Positions 40,396-48,804 of a stretch of 64,000 nucleotides of DNA are shown piece by piece. Location: assembly GCA_965208835.1 (NCBI GenBank), contig OZ242358.1, positions 3,360,001-3,424,000 on the forward strand, in the 5' to 3' direction. Position numbers and translations under genes: made by a program. The DNA is from Candidatus Latescibacterota bacterium. GTDB lineage: Bacteria > Latescibacterota > UBA2968 > GCA-2709665. Position 1 is the first letter of the stretch. Each line of letters opens with the position of its first letter. The notes beneath the pieces are model-generated. The model did no database searches, was not told where the DNA came from, and worked only from the letters and a program-made list of their open reading frames with translations.

Positions 40396-41326
40396 GCCCG
40401 CCCTCCGCCGTCTCGAACGGACGCCCCGTCTCCCGTATGAACACATCCTCCAACGTGGGCCGTCCCAGTCTGATTGCAGAGATCCGTTCCCGGAAACCGG
40501 CGTACAGCGAAGCCATCATCGCCTGCCCGTCGTCGCATTCAATCCGTACGGTGCCGTCCACAAGTGTCGTTGTAACGCTCACCTGCGCTTCGATTTCCGC
40601 CCTCAGTACCTCTGTTTGTTCGGCTTCGATCACCAGAACGTCCTTGTTCATCGATCGCTTCAGCTCGTCCGGCGCACCCTGCGCGACAAGCCGCCCCCGG
40701 TCCAGTATGCCCACGCGGTCGCATCGCTCCGCCTCCTCGATGAAATGCGTGGTCAACAGTGCGGTGACACCCTGTTCCTCACGAAGCTTCCGCAAATCGT
40801 CCCACAGCGTTCTGCGGGCGAGCGGGTCCAGTCCGCTGGAGGGTTCGTCAAACAACAACAGTTCCGGCCGGTGCAGCAGTCCTCTTGCCAGATCCACGCG
40901 CCTCCGAAGTCCGCCGGAAAGCTCCTCCGTCCTGTCGTTCTCGCGATCCGTGAGGCCGACGCTCCGGAGAATTGATTCGATCCGCTCTTTTAAGGCGCGC
41001 CCGCGCAGACCATACAGATGGCCCTGATGGCGCAGGTTTTCAAGAACCGTCAGCTTGAGGTCCAGGCTGGCATTTTGAAACACGACCCCGATTCGCGCAC
41101 GTATTTCCGCGGAATCACGAAGAATATCGCGGTCCAATATGCGAACGGTTCCTTCCGAGGGTTCGAGGAGCGTGCTCAGGATGCGAAACAGCGTCGTCTT
41201 CCCCCCGCCGTTCGGGCCCAGCAGGCCGTAGATTTCCCCCTTCTCGATTCGGAGGTCGATTCCGTCGAGCGCAATCCGGCTTCCGTAGCAATGGCGCAAC
41301 CCGGCAACTGCGATGGCAAGCGGCAC
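40385..41326 (-). CDS. ABC transporter ATP-binding protein
   Basis: GPNGGGKT, LSGG, DEP, PTLEDVF. Confidence 0.92.
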   Translation of the reverse strand: MPLAIAVAGLRHCYGSRIALDGIDLRIEKGEIYGLLGPNGGGKTTLFRILSTLLEPSEGTVRILDRDILRDSAEIRARIGVVFQNASLDLKLTVLENLRHQGHLYGLRGRALKERIESILRSVGLTDRENDRTEELSGGLRRRVDLARGLLHRPELLLFDEPSSGLDPLARRTLWDDLRKLREEQGVTALLTTHFIEEAERCDRVGILDRGRLVAQGAPDELKRSMNKDVLVIEAEQTEVLRAEIEAQVSVTTTLVDGTVRIECDDGQAMMASLYAGFRERISAIRLGRPTLEDVFIRETGRPFETAEGGHAG

Positions 41327-41509
41327 AGGGACTCCTCAGAAGCTGTCTTTAAACTCCCAGCGGTCTTCGCGCGGCTGCCGGAACGACGGCGCGAGACACC
41401 GGGAACGTTCAAAGCCGCCGCATGTCGGAAACCGACGCGATCCCAAAAGAGAAAGGTGATAGGCAACCCCTATCACCTGGCAATACCCGGTTTGCGTCGA
41501 CCGACCCGA

Positions 41510-42412
41510 CTACAGAAACGCATCGAGCAACAGGGCGATCCAGAGCAGAGGCAGATAGACCAGCGTCGTTCGCAGCAGCCGTCTCGCGTTCTGCTCCGTC
41601 CGGGTTCTGGAAAACACGACAACATAAAGGACGAGGCATAACCCCGCCGCCGCTGCCACGGCCGCGTAGAGCAAACCGGTCATCCCCGCAAGCCACGGCA
41701 GAAAGGAAAAAACCAGCAGGATAGCGCCGTATATGCCGATCTGCGCTGCCGTCCTTCGTCCCGCCGGATCGTCGATGGAAACCATCTTGAATCCGCCGCG
41801 TTCGTAGTCGTCCCTGTAGATCCAGGCGATAGAGAAAAAATGAGGAAACTGCCACAGAAACAGAATGCCGAACAGCAGCCACGCGCCCCAGCCGATCTCC
41901 CCCTGCGCCGCGGCCCAGCCGCCCATCGGCGGCAATGCTCCGGCAACGGCGCCCACCGCGGTATTGTGCGTCGATCTTCGCTTCAACGGCGTATACATGA
42001 ACAGATAAATAACTGATGTCAACCCTGCCAGAAGGGCCGCCAACCAGTTGATCTGCAGCCCCATATAGAGGATACCGGTTCCGGACAGCAGCAGCCCGAA
42101 CAGATAGGCCTCTTCCGCATACAGACGACCGGCAGGAAGGGGCCGGTTCGCCGTGCGCTCCATCCTGGCATCCGGCTTCCGTTCCAGGAACTGGTTCAGT
42201 ACGGCCGATCCGCTCGCGACAAGGACGGTCGCCAGCAGCGTATGCAGGAGTCGAGTGGACTCGATGACGCCGGCCGCGCCCAGAACGAACCCGACCGTTG
42301 TACTCAATACGACAAAGACGGTGATTTTGGGCTTGGTGAGGGCCACGTAATCCATCAGGCGCGCCCACGACAATGCCACGTCCGCCGTCCCGGCCTCAAC
42401 CCGCGGTTTCAT
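41510..42412 (-). CDS. ctaB: heme O synthase (protoheme IX farnesyltransferase)
   Basis: LTKP, DARMERTANRPLP, WQFPHF, DDY. Confidence 0.93.
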   Translation of the reverse strand: MKPRVEAGTADVALSWARLMDYVALTKPKITVFVVLSTTVGFVLGAAGVIESTRLLHTLLATVLVASGSAVLNQFLERKPDARMERTANRPLPAGRLYAEEAYLFGLLLSGTGILYMGLQINWLAALLAGLTSVIYLFMYTPLKRRSTHNTAVGAVAGALPPMGGWAAAQGEIGWGAWLLFGILFLWQFPHFFSIAWIYRDDYERGGFKMVSIDDPAGRRTAAQIGIYGAILLVFSFLPWLAGMTGLLYAAVAAAAGLCLVLYVVVFSRTRTEQNARRLLRTTLVYLPLLWIALLLDAFL

Positions 42413-42433
42413 AAAAACAAAGTCCTCCAACGC

Positions 42434-43426
42434 TCAGTTTTCTACCTGCACCGTTGCGACCCTGGAATCTACTGCACCGCATATCCGCCATACGCGCAGC
42501 GTCAGCACCAGGCTGGTGGCAAGCACCGTCGCACCCACGACCACGTGTAACGTCGTGATTGCGACCGCCTTGCCCGTCCAGATCACCAGGGCCCCCAGCG
42601 CCAGTTGAACGACAAGCTGCGCCAACAAAGCCACGGAGGGCCTCGTCAGTTCGGGCCGGGATCCGTGGGCGCGCAGAACGCGGCACGCGGTCCAGACCAG
42701 AACGCCGGACACGACAACGGCCCACGCCCGATGGGCAAAGTGAATGGCAACACGTGTCCGGAACGTTTCGATTGAAATGGGAAACGGGTCCGTGGCGTCC
42801 ACAGTCAATTCGGAGAACGGCGGAATCAGGCGGCCGAAGGAAAGCGGAAAATCGGGAATGGCCAGGCCGGACTCGGTATGCCGCATCAGCGCGCCGAGGA
42901 CAAGCTGGATGAAAACCACCACCGTGCCGGCGGCGACCAGCCACTTCAGCGGCGCCCCGCCCGTCTCCGAAATCGGTTCCACCGCCGCCTGCCAGCCCGC
43001 CGACGTAAACAACGCGATGCCAACGGTAACACAGAAAAAGACTTGCGCCAGGCAGGCGTGACTTACGGAAATCCACGTGGGCAGGAGGTACAGAACCGTC
43101 AACCCGCCCAGCAGGCCCTGCAGAACAACCGCGGCCAGGGCTGCAACACCCAGGATTCGCAACCACCGCCGTTCTTCCCGCCGCCACAACCAGATGGCAA
43201 GAGCGGTCGTCAGGATCCCCACGAACGTCGCCACCATCCGGTGACCGTGTTCGTAGAAAATCCCGCCGATCATGGGCGGAAACACCATACCGTACGAAAG
43301 CGGCCAGTCAGGTACCGCCAACCCGGAGCCCGTACTGCTGACCATCGCACCGGCGAAAATTAAAAAAAGGGTGGCGCCGGCCGTGAACACGGAGAACCGG
43401 TGCAGCCAGCGATACCCCTTCGACAT
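42434..43426 (-). CDS. ctaA: heme A synthase (Cox15/CtaA)
   Basis: GSGLAVPDWP, EHGHR, LQGLLGG, HFAHR. Confidence 0.9.
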   Translation of the reverse strand: MSKGYRWLHRFSVFTAGATLFLIFAGAMVSSTGSGLAVPDWPLSYGMVFPPMIGGIFYEHGHRMVATFVGILTTALAIWLWRREERRWLRILGVAALAAVVLQGLLGGLTVLYLLPTWISVSHACLAQVFFCVTVGIALFTSAGWQAAVEPISETGGAPLKWLVAAGTVVVFIQLVLGALMRHTESGLAIPDFPLSFGRLIPPFSELTVDATDPFPISIETFRTRVAIHFAHRAWAVVVSGVLVWTACRVLRAHGSRPELTRPSVALLAQLVVQLALGALVIWTGKAVAITTLHVVVGATVLATSLVLTLRVWRICGAVDSRVATVQVEN

Positions 43427-43466
43427 CGCGATATCCATTTCCGTCCGGCTCACCCGCCAACCCCGG

Positions 43467-43757
43467 TCATTCCGCGTCGGCGGCAAGCCACTTGCCGTTC
43501 AAACCGGGCATTCCCGGCCGGCCCCGGGAATTATCCAGCGCGTTACCGAAACGTCGCGCCCGGCGCACCCAGAAGATCGTCACGCCCACAATTCCGACCA
43601 GCACGGACACGACAATCCCCATCAGCACCAGGACCCCCGCCGCAGCCCCCTTCGCCATATCGGATTCCGGATTCCCGTAACACACCGCGCATGCCCGAGC
43701 CACCTCGGGAATCATAACGCCAATGGCTACGGCCGCGGCAACGCAGGCGCGCCTCAC
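43467..43757 (-). CDS. small membrane protein with a CxxC motif
   Basis: Signal-like N-terminus, ARA-CAVCYG, one TM; GTG start coupled to the upstream stop. Confidence 0.65.
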   Translation of the reverse strand: MRRACVAAAVAIGVMIPEVARACAVCYGNPESDMAKGAAAGVLVLMGIVVSVLVGIVGVTIFWVRRARRFGNALDNSRGRPGMPGLNGKWLAADAE

Positions 43758-43960
43758 AGGTAACTCCATCCCTTGAGCTTTTTCAGAAACCAAAGGCCGT
43801 ACCAGACCAGGACGCCGCACCCGGCAAAGGAAGCGACGCCGAGTCCGAGATTCGTGCCGTTGCCCGTTGCGAGGTAGTCCTGAATCGCCCAGATGCCGAA
43901 ACCCAGACAGCACAGTACGGACACGGTGCCAAAGACCACGTGGAATGTTCTCAGAGACAT
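43754..43960 (-). CDS. small two-TM protein of the oxidase operon
   Basis: MSLRTFHVVF...WYGLWFLKKLK; RBS present. Confidence 0.7.
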   Translation of the reverse strand: MSLRTFHVVFGTVSVLCCLGFGIWAIQDYLATGNGTNLGLGVASFAGCGVLVWYGLWFLKKLKGWSYL

Positions 43961-43985
43961 TGGGTTCTCCGAATCTGGACTAACC

Positions 43986-44291
43986 CTACATTTCACCCAC
44001 GCCCGAAAATTCCGTAAATGAAGGCAGCAGCATCAGTAATACAAAAAAGGCGACCGTCACCGCCAGCACCCAGTAAATAATCTGTTTCTCGGAAACCAGA
44101 TGCATGAAATAGCCGGCGACCAGCCCGCCCTTGATACTCGCAATGAACAGTGCGATCAGGACCGTTACCGCAACCGACTCGATATGGAGATAGGAGACGG
44201 CGACCGTGACTACCGTCAGCACGGCCAGCGCGGCAAACACCAGAATGTAGACCCGAACATGCTTCCTGATCTCTTCAATGCTATCGGCCAT
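43986..44291 (-). CDS. ctaF: cytochrome c oxidase subunit IV
   Basis: Three TM segments, IASIKGGLVAGYFMHL. Confidence 0.85.
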   Translation of the reverse strand: MADSIEEIRKHVRVYILVFAALAVLTVVTVAVSYLHIESVAVTVLIALFIASIKGGLVAGYFMHLVSEKQIIYWVLAVTVAFFVLLMLLPSFTEFSGVGEM

Positions 44292-44301
44292 ACCAGGCTC
44301 C

Positions 44302-44901
44302 TTACAGCAAATAAAGTATCGGGAACAGAAAGATCCAGACCAGATCCACAAAGTGCCAGTAAAGTCCCGCACACTCGATCCGGTTGGCAAACTGCTCGGG
44401 GGCGGTATGCCAGAGCTTGCTTCCCGGGAACAGCAGGTAGACATTCACCACGATGCCGCCGATCACGTGCAGTCCGTGCAGGCCGGTCATCGTAAAATAC
44501 GTGGCGTAGAAGGTGCTGGTGGAAGGATAGATGCCGAGATGAAACTTGTGGGTGTATTCGAAGTATTTAACAACCAGGAATACGAACGAGAGCAACACCG
44601 TCAGGCCAAGATAAAGCTTGAACCTGCCGAAATTGTCCATTTTCAGGGATGCCCAGGACATAACCATGGTCACACTGGACGCGATGAGCACGAACGTATT
44701 CAGCGTGGCCAGCGGTACACTCAGCAGCTCCCAGCCATGAGGCCAGGTCGGCGCACCGACCCTGAGCAGCACCAGCGTTGAAAACAGTGCGCCAAACAGC
44801 ATGACCTCGGACGCCAGGAACAACCATATCCCGAATTTCCCGTTATACACCCCCGTAATGGGGTGCGGCTCCACCGTGTAGGGGATTTCTTCAACGGACA
44901 C
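44302..44901 (-). CDS. ctaE: cytochrome c oxidase subunit III
   Basis: WLFLASEVMLF, TGLHGLHV, GLYWHFVDLVW. Confidence 0.93.
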   Translation of the reverse strand: MSVEEIPYTVEPHPITGVYNGKFGIWLFLASEVMLFGALFSTLVLLRVGAPTWPHGWELLSVPLATLNTFVLIASSVTMVMSWASLKMDNFGRFKLYLGLTVLLSFVFLVVKYFEYTHKFHLGIYPSTSTFYATYFTMTGLHGLHVIGGIVVNVYLLFPGSKLWHTAPEQFANRIECAGLYWHFVDLVWIFLFPILYLL

Positions 44902-44917
44902 CGTTTATCTCCCTTAA

Positions 44918-45107
44918 CCAGGATTCGTATGGTTTCGTGGACGTGAATTCGAACACGTTTGAGTTGACAAAGGCGATTAAACTGCGGATTACCAGGATAC
45001 ACCAGGTCACTAAACGTGAACGGTATAAATGTCTTTCTGGACGACCTCTACGCCCCGTTTTGGCAGTCTTCGTCGCGTTGCCGCGTTGCTGTTCTTGTTC
45101 ATTGAGG
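44918..45107. mobile_element. MITE family A, copy 6 (inverted, diverged) inside the cox operon
   Basis: Reverse complement of the core gtgacctggtgtatcctggtaatccg; ends CC...GAGG. Confidence 0.8.
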
Positions 45108-45159
45108 TTCGTTTTCTCGGACGGATGCCGGGGTTCCAACGTGCCCCCAAGCGGCGGGC

Positions 45160-46956
45160 CTAATCGTCGTCCGCCGGCGTTGGCGCCGGTTCGGGTTCGG
45201 GTTGGGCCACCTGCCCGTTTTCAGACGCGTATTGAGGCGTAAAGTCGCTCGAGGCACCGGGCACGCTGTATTCGTAAGGCCCCCGGTAGACCTTGGGCGC
45301 GACGGCGAAATTTCCGTGCGGCGGGGGCGTCGGCGTCGCCCACTCGAGCGTGGTGGCCTGCCATGGATTGTCCGACTCCACCTTCTTGCCCTTCCTGATA
45401 CTCATAAAGAAGTTGACGATGAAGAATATCTGAGCCAGCCCCAGCAGCCAGGCAGACCAGGAACTCATGGCCGTCAGGCCCTGTACCTGAGCCCCGTAGG
45501 CATATTGGGTCTGGTCGTAGAGACGCCTGGAAACTCCGGCCATCCCAACGAACAACATCGGCATGAAGATACCGTTCATGAAGACCAGACTCGACCAGAA
45601 ATGCAGCTTACCCAGGGCCTCGTTCATCATGCGGCCCGTCACCTTGGGGAACCAGTAATAGACACCTGCAAACAGCGCGAAAATCGTTCCCGGCGCCACC
45701 ACGTAGTGGAAGTGGCCGATCACGTAATACGTGTCGTGCAGATGCAGGTCCGAGGCCGTGAGGCCCAGCGGCAGCCCGGTCAACCCCCCGATGGCGAACA
45801 TGGGGATAAACGCCAGGCAGAACAGCATGGGAACCGTAAACCGGATGGACCCGCCATGGAGGCTCAGCGCGAATGCGGTCAGGATGATTACCGACGGAAT
45901 GGAGATAATCATGGTTGTGGCCTGGAAGAATGTACTGATTGTCGTCCCCATCCCGGTCATGAACATGTGATGCGCCCACACGATAAACGACATGAAACCC
46001 AGAAAGACAATCGAGTAGACCAGCGTGCGATATCCCCACAGCGGCCGGCGCGTGTTGTTGGCCACGATCTCGCCTACGATGCCCATCGCCGGAAGAATCA
46101 GCACGTAGACTTCGGGGTGCGCGAGAAACCAGAACAGGTGCTGCCACAACAGCGGGCTTCCGCCGCCGCTCACCTCTAGCGGCTGTCCTGTGACCACCAG
46201 GCCGCTCGGCATAAAAAAGCTGGTACCCGCGATCCTGTCCATGAGTTGCAGGACCCCAGCGGCTTCTAGCGGCGGGAACGCCAGCAGCAGCAGAAACGCC
46301 GTCACAAACTGCGCCCACACGAAAAATGGCAGGCGGAAAAAGGTCAGGCCCTCGGCCCTCATCTGCACGGTCGTCACGATGAAGTTCACCGAACCCAGTA
46401 ACGACGACGTGATCAGGGCCACCATGCCCCATAGCCACCAGGTCTGCCCCGTCGGTGCGATGACGGCCAGCGGTGGATAGGAGGTCCAGCCGGACTGTGC
46501 CGCGCCTTCCGGAACGAAAAAGCTGGCCAGCATAATGACGCCGCCCACGAAGAACACCCAGTAACTGGCCATGTTGAGCTTGGGAAACGCCATATCAGGC
46601 GCACCGATCTGGAGAGGCAGCACGTAATTCCCGAATCCGCCCACGGCCAGCGGAACAACACCCAGAAAGACCATGATTGTGCCGTGCATCGCACCCAACT
46701 GATTGTAAAACTCGGGCACCATGATCCCTTCCGGCATATTTATCGCGCCGAACAACTTCCCGATCCAGGGCATCGGCTGTCCGGGATAGGCCAGTTGCCA
46801 ACGCATCATCATCATCAGGCAGAAGCCGAAAAACAGAAAAAACAGGGCGGTGACCGCGTACTGAATGCCGATGACCTTGTGGTCGATGGAAAAAACGTAC
46901 TTGCGCCAGTAGCTCAATTCGTGGTGTCCATGATCACCGTGCGCTTGCTCAGCCAT
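45160..46956 (-). CDS. ctaD: heme-copper oxidase subunit I (A1-like, lacking the K-channel Lys)
   Basis: MHG, GAPDMAFP, HPEVY, WAHH, HFH, RR. Confidence 0.95.
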   Translation of the reverse strand: MAEQAHGDHGHHELSYWRKYVFSIDHKVIGIQYAVTALFFLFFGFCLMMMMRWQLAYPGQPMPWIGKLFGAINMPEGIMVPEFYNQLGAMHGTIMVFLGVVPLAVGGFGNYVLPLQIGAPDMAFPKLNMASYWVFFVGGVIMLASFFVPEGAAQSGWTSYPPLAVIAPTGQTWWLWGMVALITSSLLGSVNFIVTTVQMRAEGLTFFRLPFFVWAQFVTAFLLLLAFPPLEAAGVLQLMDRIAGTSFFMPSGLVVTGQPLEVSGGGSPLLWQHLFWFLAHPEVYVLILPAMGIVGEIVANNTRRPLWGYRTLVYSIVFLGFMSFIVWAHHMFMTGMGTTISTFFQATTMIISIPSVIILTAFALSLHGGSIRFTVPMLFCLAFIPMFAIGGLTGLPLGLTASDLHLHDTYYVIGHFHYVVAPGTIFALFAGVYYWFPKVTGRMMNEALGKLHFWSSLVFMNGIFMPMLFVGMAGVSRRLYDQTQYAYGAQVQGLTAMSSWSAWLLGLAQIFFIVNFFMSIRKGKKVESDNPWQATTLEWATPTPPPHGNFAVAPKVYRGPYEYSVPGASSDFTPQYASENGQVAQPEPEPAPTPADDD

Positions 46957-46968
46957 AAACAAGGCTCC

Positions 46969-47739
46969 TTAGAAGGAAAAATCGTCTTCTTCGTCCGCGG
47001 CGCCGGACTGCTCGTCGAACCAGGCCTGAAACGTCTCCTCCGACTCAACCGTCAACTGCCCGCGCATGCGGTAGTGCCCCAGTCCGCATAGCTGGGCGCA
47101 GGCGATGTCGAATGTTCCGGTTCTGGTCGCCTCGAACCAGATCCTGATGTCCTGGCCCGGAATCGCATCCTGCGTCAGGCGCATCACGGGGATTTTGAAA
47201 CTGTGAATGACATCCTTCGACGAAATGTGCGCAATGACGGGTCTGTCCTTCACAATGTGCAGATTGTTGATGGCATTGAAATCGTCGCTGCCGTCAGGAT
47301 CGTCGGGATCCAGGCCCAGCAGATTGTCAGCACTGACGAATTCGGGTGCCGTCCGTCCGAATTTTCCGTCTTTCCCGGAGTAATGAATATTCCAGGCAAA
47401 CTGCTCGGGTACCACCCGCACCACAAGCGCGTCGGATTCGTCGGGAAACGCGTGTTTGAAGTCGGCCCAGAGCGGCATGGACAGTCCCACAAGCAGTACG
47501 GCCTCGACGACGATCACGCCGTACTCCACGTATTTGGCGGTTTTTCCCTTGACGGGATCGTAGTTCGCGTCAGGGTTTGCCCTTCTCCGGTAGCGGACAA
47601 GGCAGTAGACGAAGAAGACGCCCCAACCCAGAAACAGGGCAATCATAAACACATGCAGCCAATTGATCAGCCAATCCACGGTTGCGCCGTGGGTTGAGAT
47701 GTCAATTGGCAGCCAGTAACCGTACACCTTTTCTTGCAT
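46969..47739 (-). CDS. ctaC: cytochrome c oxidase subunit II (CuA)
   Basis: Two TM segments, DVIHSF, CAQLCGLGHYRM. Confidence 0.93.
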   Translation of the reverse strand: MQEKVYGYWLPIDISTHGATVDWLINWLHVFMIALFLGWGVFFVYCLVRYRRRANPDANYDPVKGKTAKYVEYGVIVVEAVLLVGLSMPLWADFKHAFPDESDALVVRVVPEQFAWNIHYSGKDGKFGRTAPEFVSADNLLGLDPDDPDGSDDFNAINNLHIVKDRPVIAHISSKDVIHSFKIPVMRLTQDAIPGQDIRIWFEATRTGTFDIACAQLCGLGHYRMRGQLTVESEETFQAWFDEQSGAADEEDDFSF

Positions 47740-47757
47740 TCGGGACCCCTCCCGTAT

Positions 47758-47835
47758 CAGTCCTTTAAAAAACCACTCGGGCTGCCTGACAAGGCTTCAC
47801 CGGCAGGCCTGCGGAGCAGCTTTTTTAACGGACTG
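47758..47835. repeat. short element with family-B-like inverted ends
   Basis: cagtcctttaaaaaa ... ttttttaacggactg. Confidence 0.5.
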
Positions 47836-47894
47836 CAATATTCACCGGGTGGACCCGACATTCCACCCGGCACTGTCAATCCGTAGGATTGCGC

Positions 47895-48641
47895 CTACTT
47901 CTTCTTTCTCGGCTTGATCTTGAACATGAAGTCCACGGATTTGGACTCGCCGTCGGCGACTGTAACTTCCTGCGTCATCGTGCCCAGCCGCTCGCTTTCG
48001 TGCCACGCCTCGATCGTGTATGTTCCCGCCGGCAGCCCCGCGATCTCGAATTTGCCACCCTCGCCGCTGACGGCGAAGAACGGGTGATCCATCACGCCGA
48101 TATAGGACTGCATCCAGGGATGCACATCGCACTTGACCGGTACCATCACCTCCGCATTTGCGAACGAAATGCTGGTCTTCTTCATGAACTTCGGCATCGC
48201 TTTGTTGATTTCAGCCGAGTTCTGCGGCTTCGGGTGGATATTGTGGAGGGTCCCGTCGCTGTTCAGCACCGTGATCGGTTGCCCGGCCCTGACGCCCATA
48301 ACGTGGGGCACATAAATACAGCCCTGCTGGTCCAGAACGGCAGGTTCGGAAGGCGTGTCGAACTTTCTGCCCTCCAGACCCTTCTTGACGTAAACGAACA
48401 CGTTGTGCAGGCCACCGTCGTCTTCCGCCACCACGACTTCGCTCCGCGCTGGTGCGTCTGGGTGCTTCCCGGCGCAGACCGGATCGGCCGCCATCTGGAT
48501 TTTCTTGCGGCCAGGTTTCTTGCCGCCGGGCAGTTCCAGTTTGATGGTTCCGGAAACCGTCGCGCCCGCCACCGCGTCGCCGGACGCGAAACAGGCGAAA
48601 CTCAGCGCTACGAGCGTTGCGACAAAACCGTGTCGTTTCAT
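47895..48641 (-). CDS. secreted cupredoxin-like protein with a carboxypeptidase-regulatory-like domain
   Basis: Signal peptide; DQQGC.Y.PH, LHNIH, KCDVHPWM, PAGTYTIEAWHE. Confidence 0.75.
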   Translation of the reverse strand: MKRHGFVATLVALSFACFASGDAVAGATVSGTIKLELPGGKKPGRKKIQMAADPVCAGKHPDAPARSEVVVAEDDGGLHNVFVYVKKGLEGRKFDTPSEPAVLDQQGCIYVPHVMGVRAGQPITVLNSDGTLHNIHPKPQNSAEINKAMPKFMKKTSISFANAEVMVPVKCDVHPWMQSYIGVMDHPFFAVSGEGGKFEIAGLPAGTYTIEAWHESERLGTMTQEVTVADGESKSVDFMFKIKPRKKK

Positions 48642-48804
48642 CTTCTACATCCCCTCTCTTCTTCATTAGAAGCTGTCTTAAAATTCCCAGCGGTCATATT
48701 AAAACAGCTTCTTGTGGTTGCAGTTTGCCTGCCGGATCCCTGTTGCCAGGCGCCGGCTGACGTTCCTCTATTATTTCCAATCGTAAAGACGGCCTGAGTT
48801 CCAA

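Noticed and set aside
46969-47739. CuA motif with Gln (CAQLC) instead of Glu
   Set aside because: A common variant; this residue ligates CuA through its backbone carbonyl.
41337-48712. Short repeat agaagctgtctt..aa.tcccagcggtc at about 41338 and 48668
   Set aside because: Only two short copies; probably MITE debris and too little to classify.
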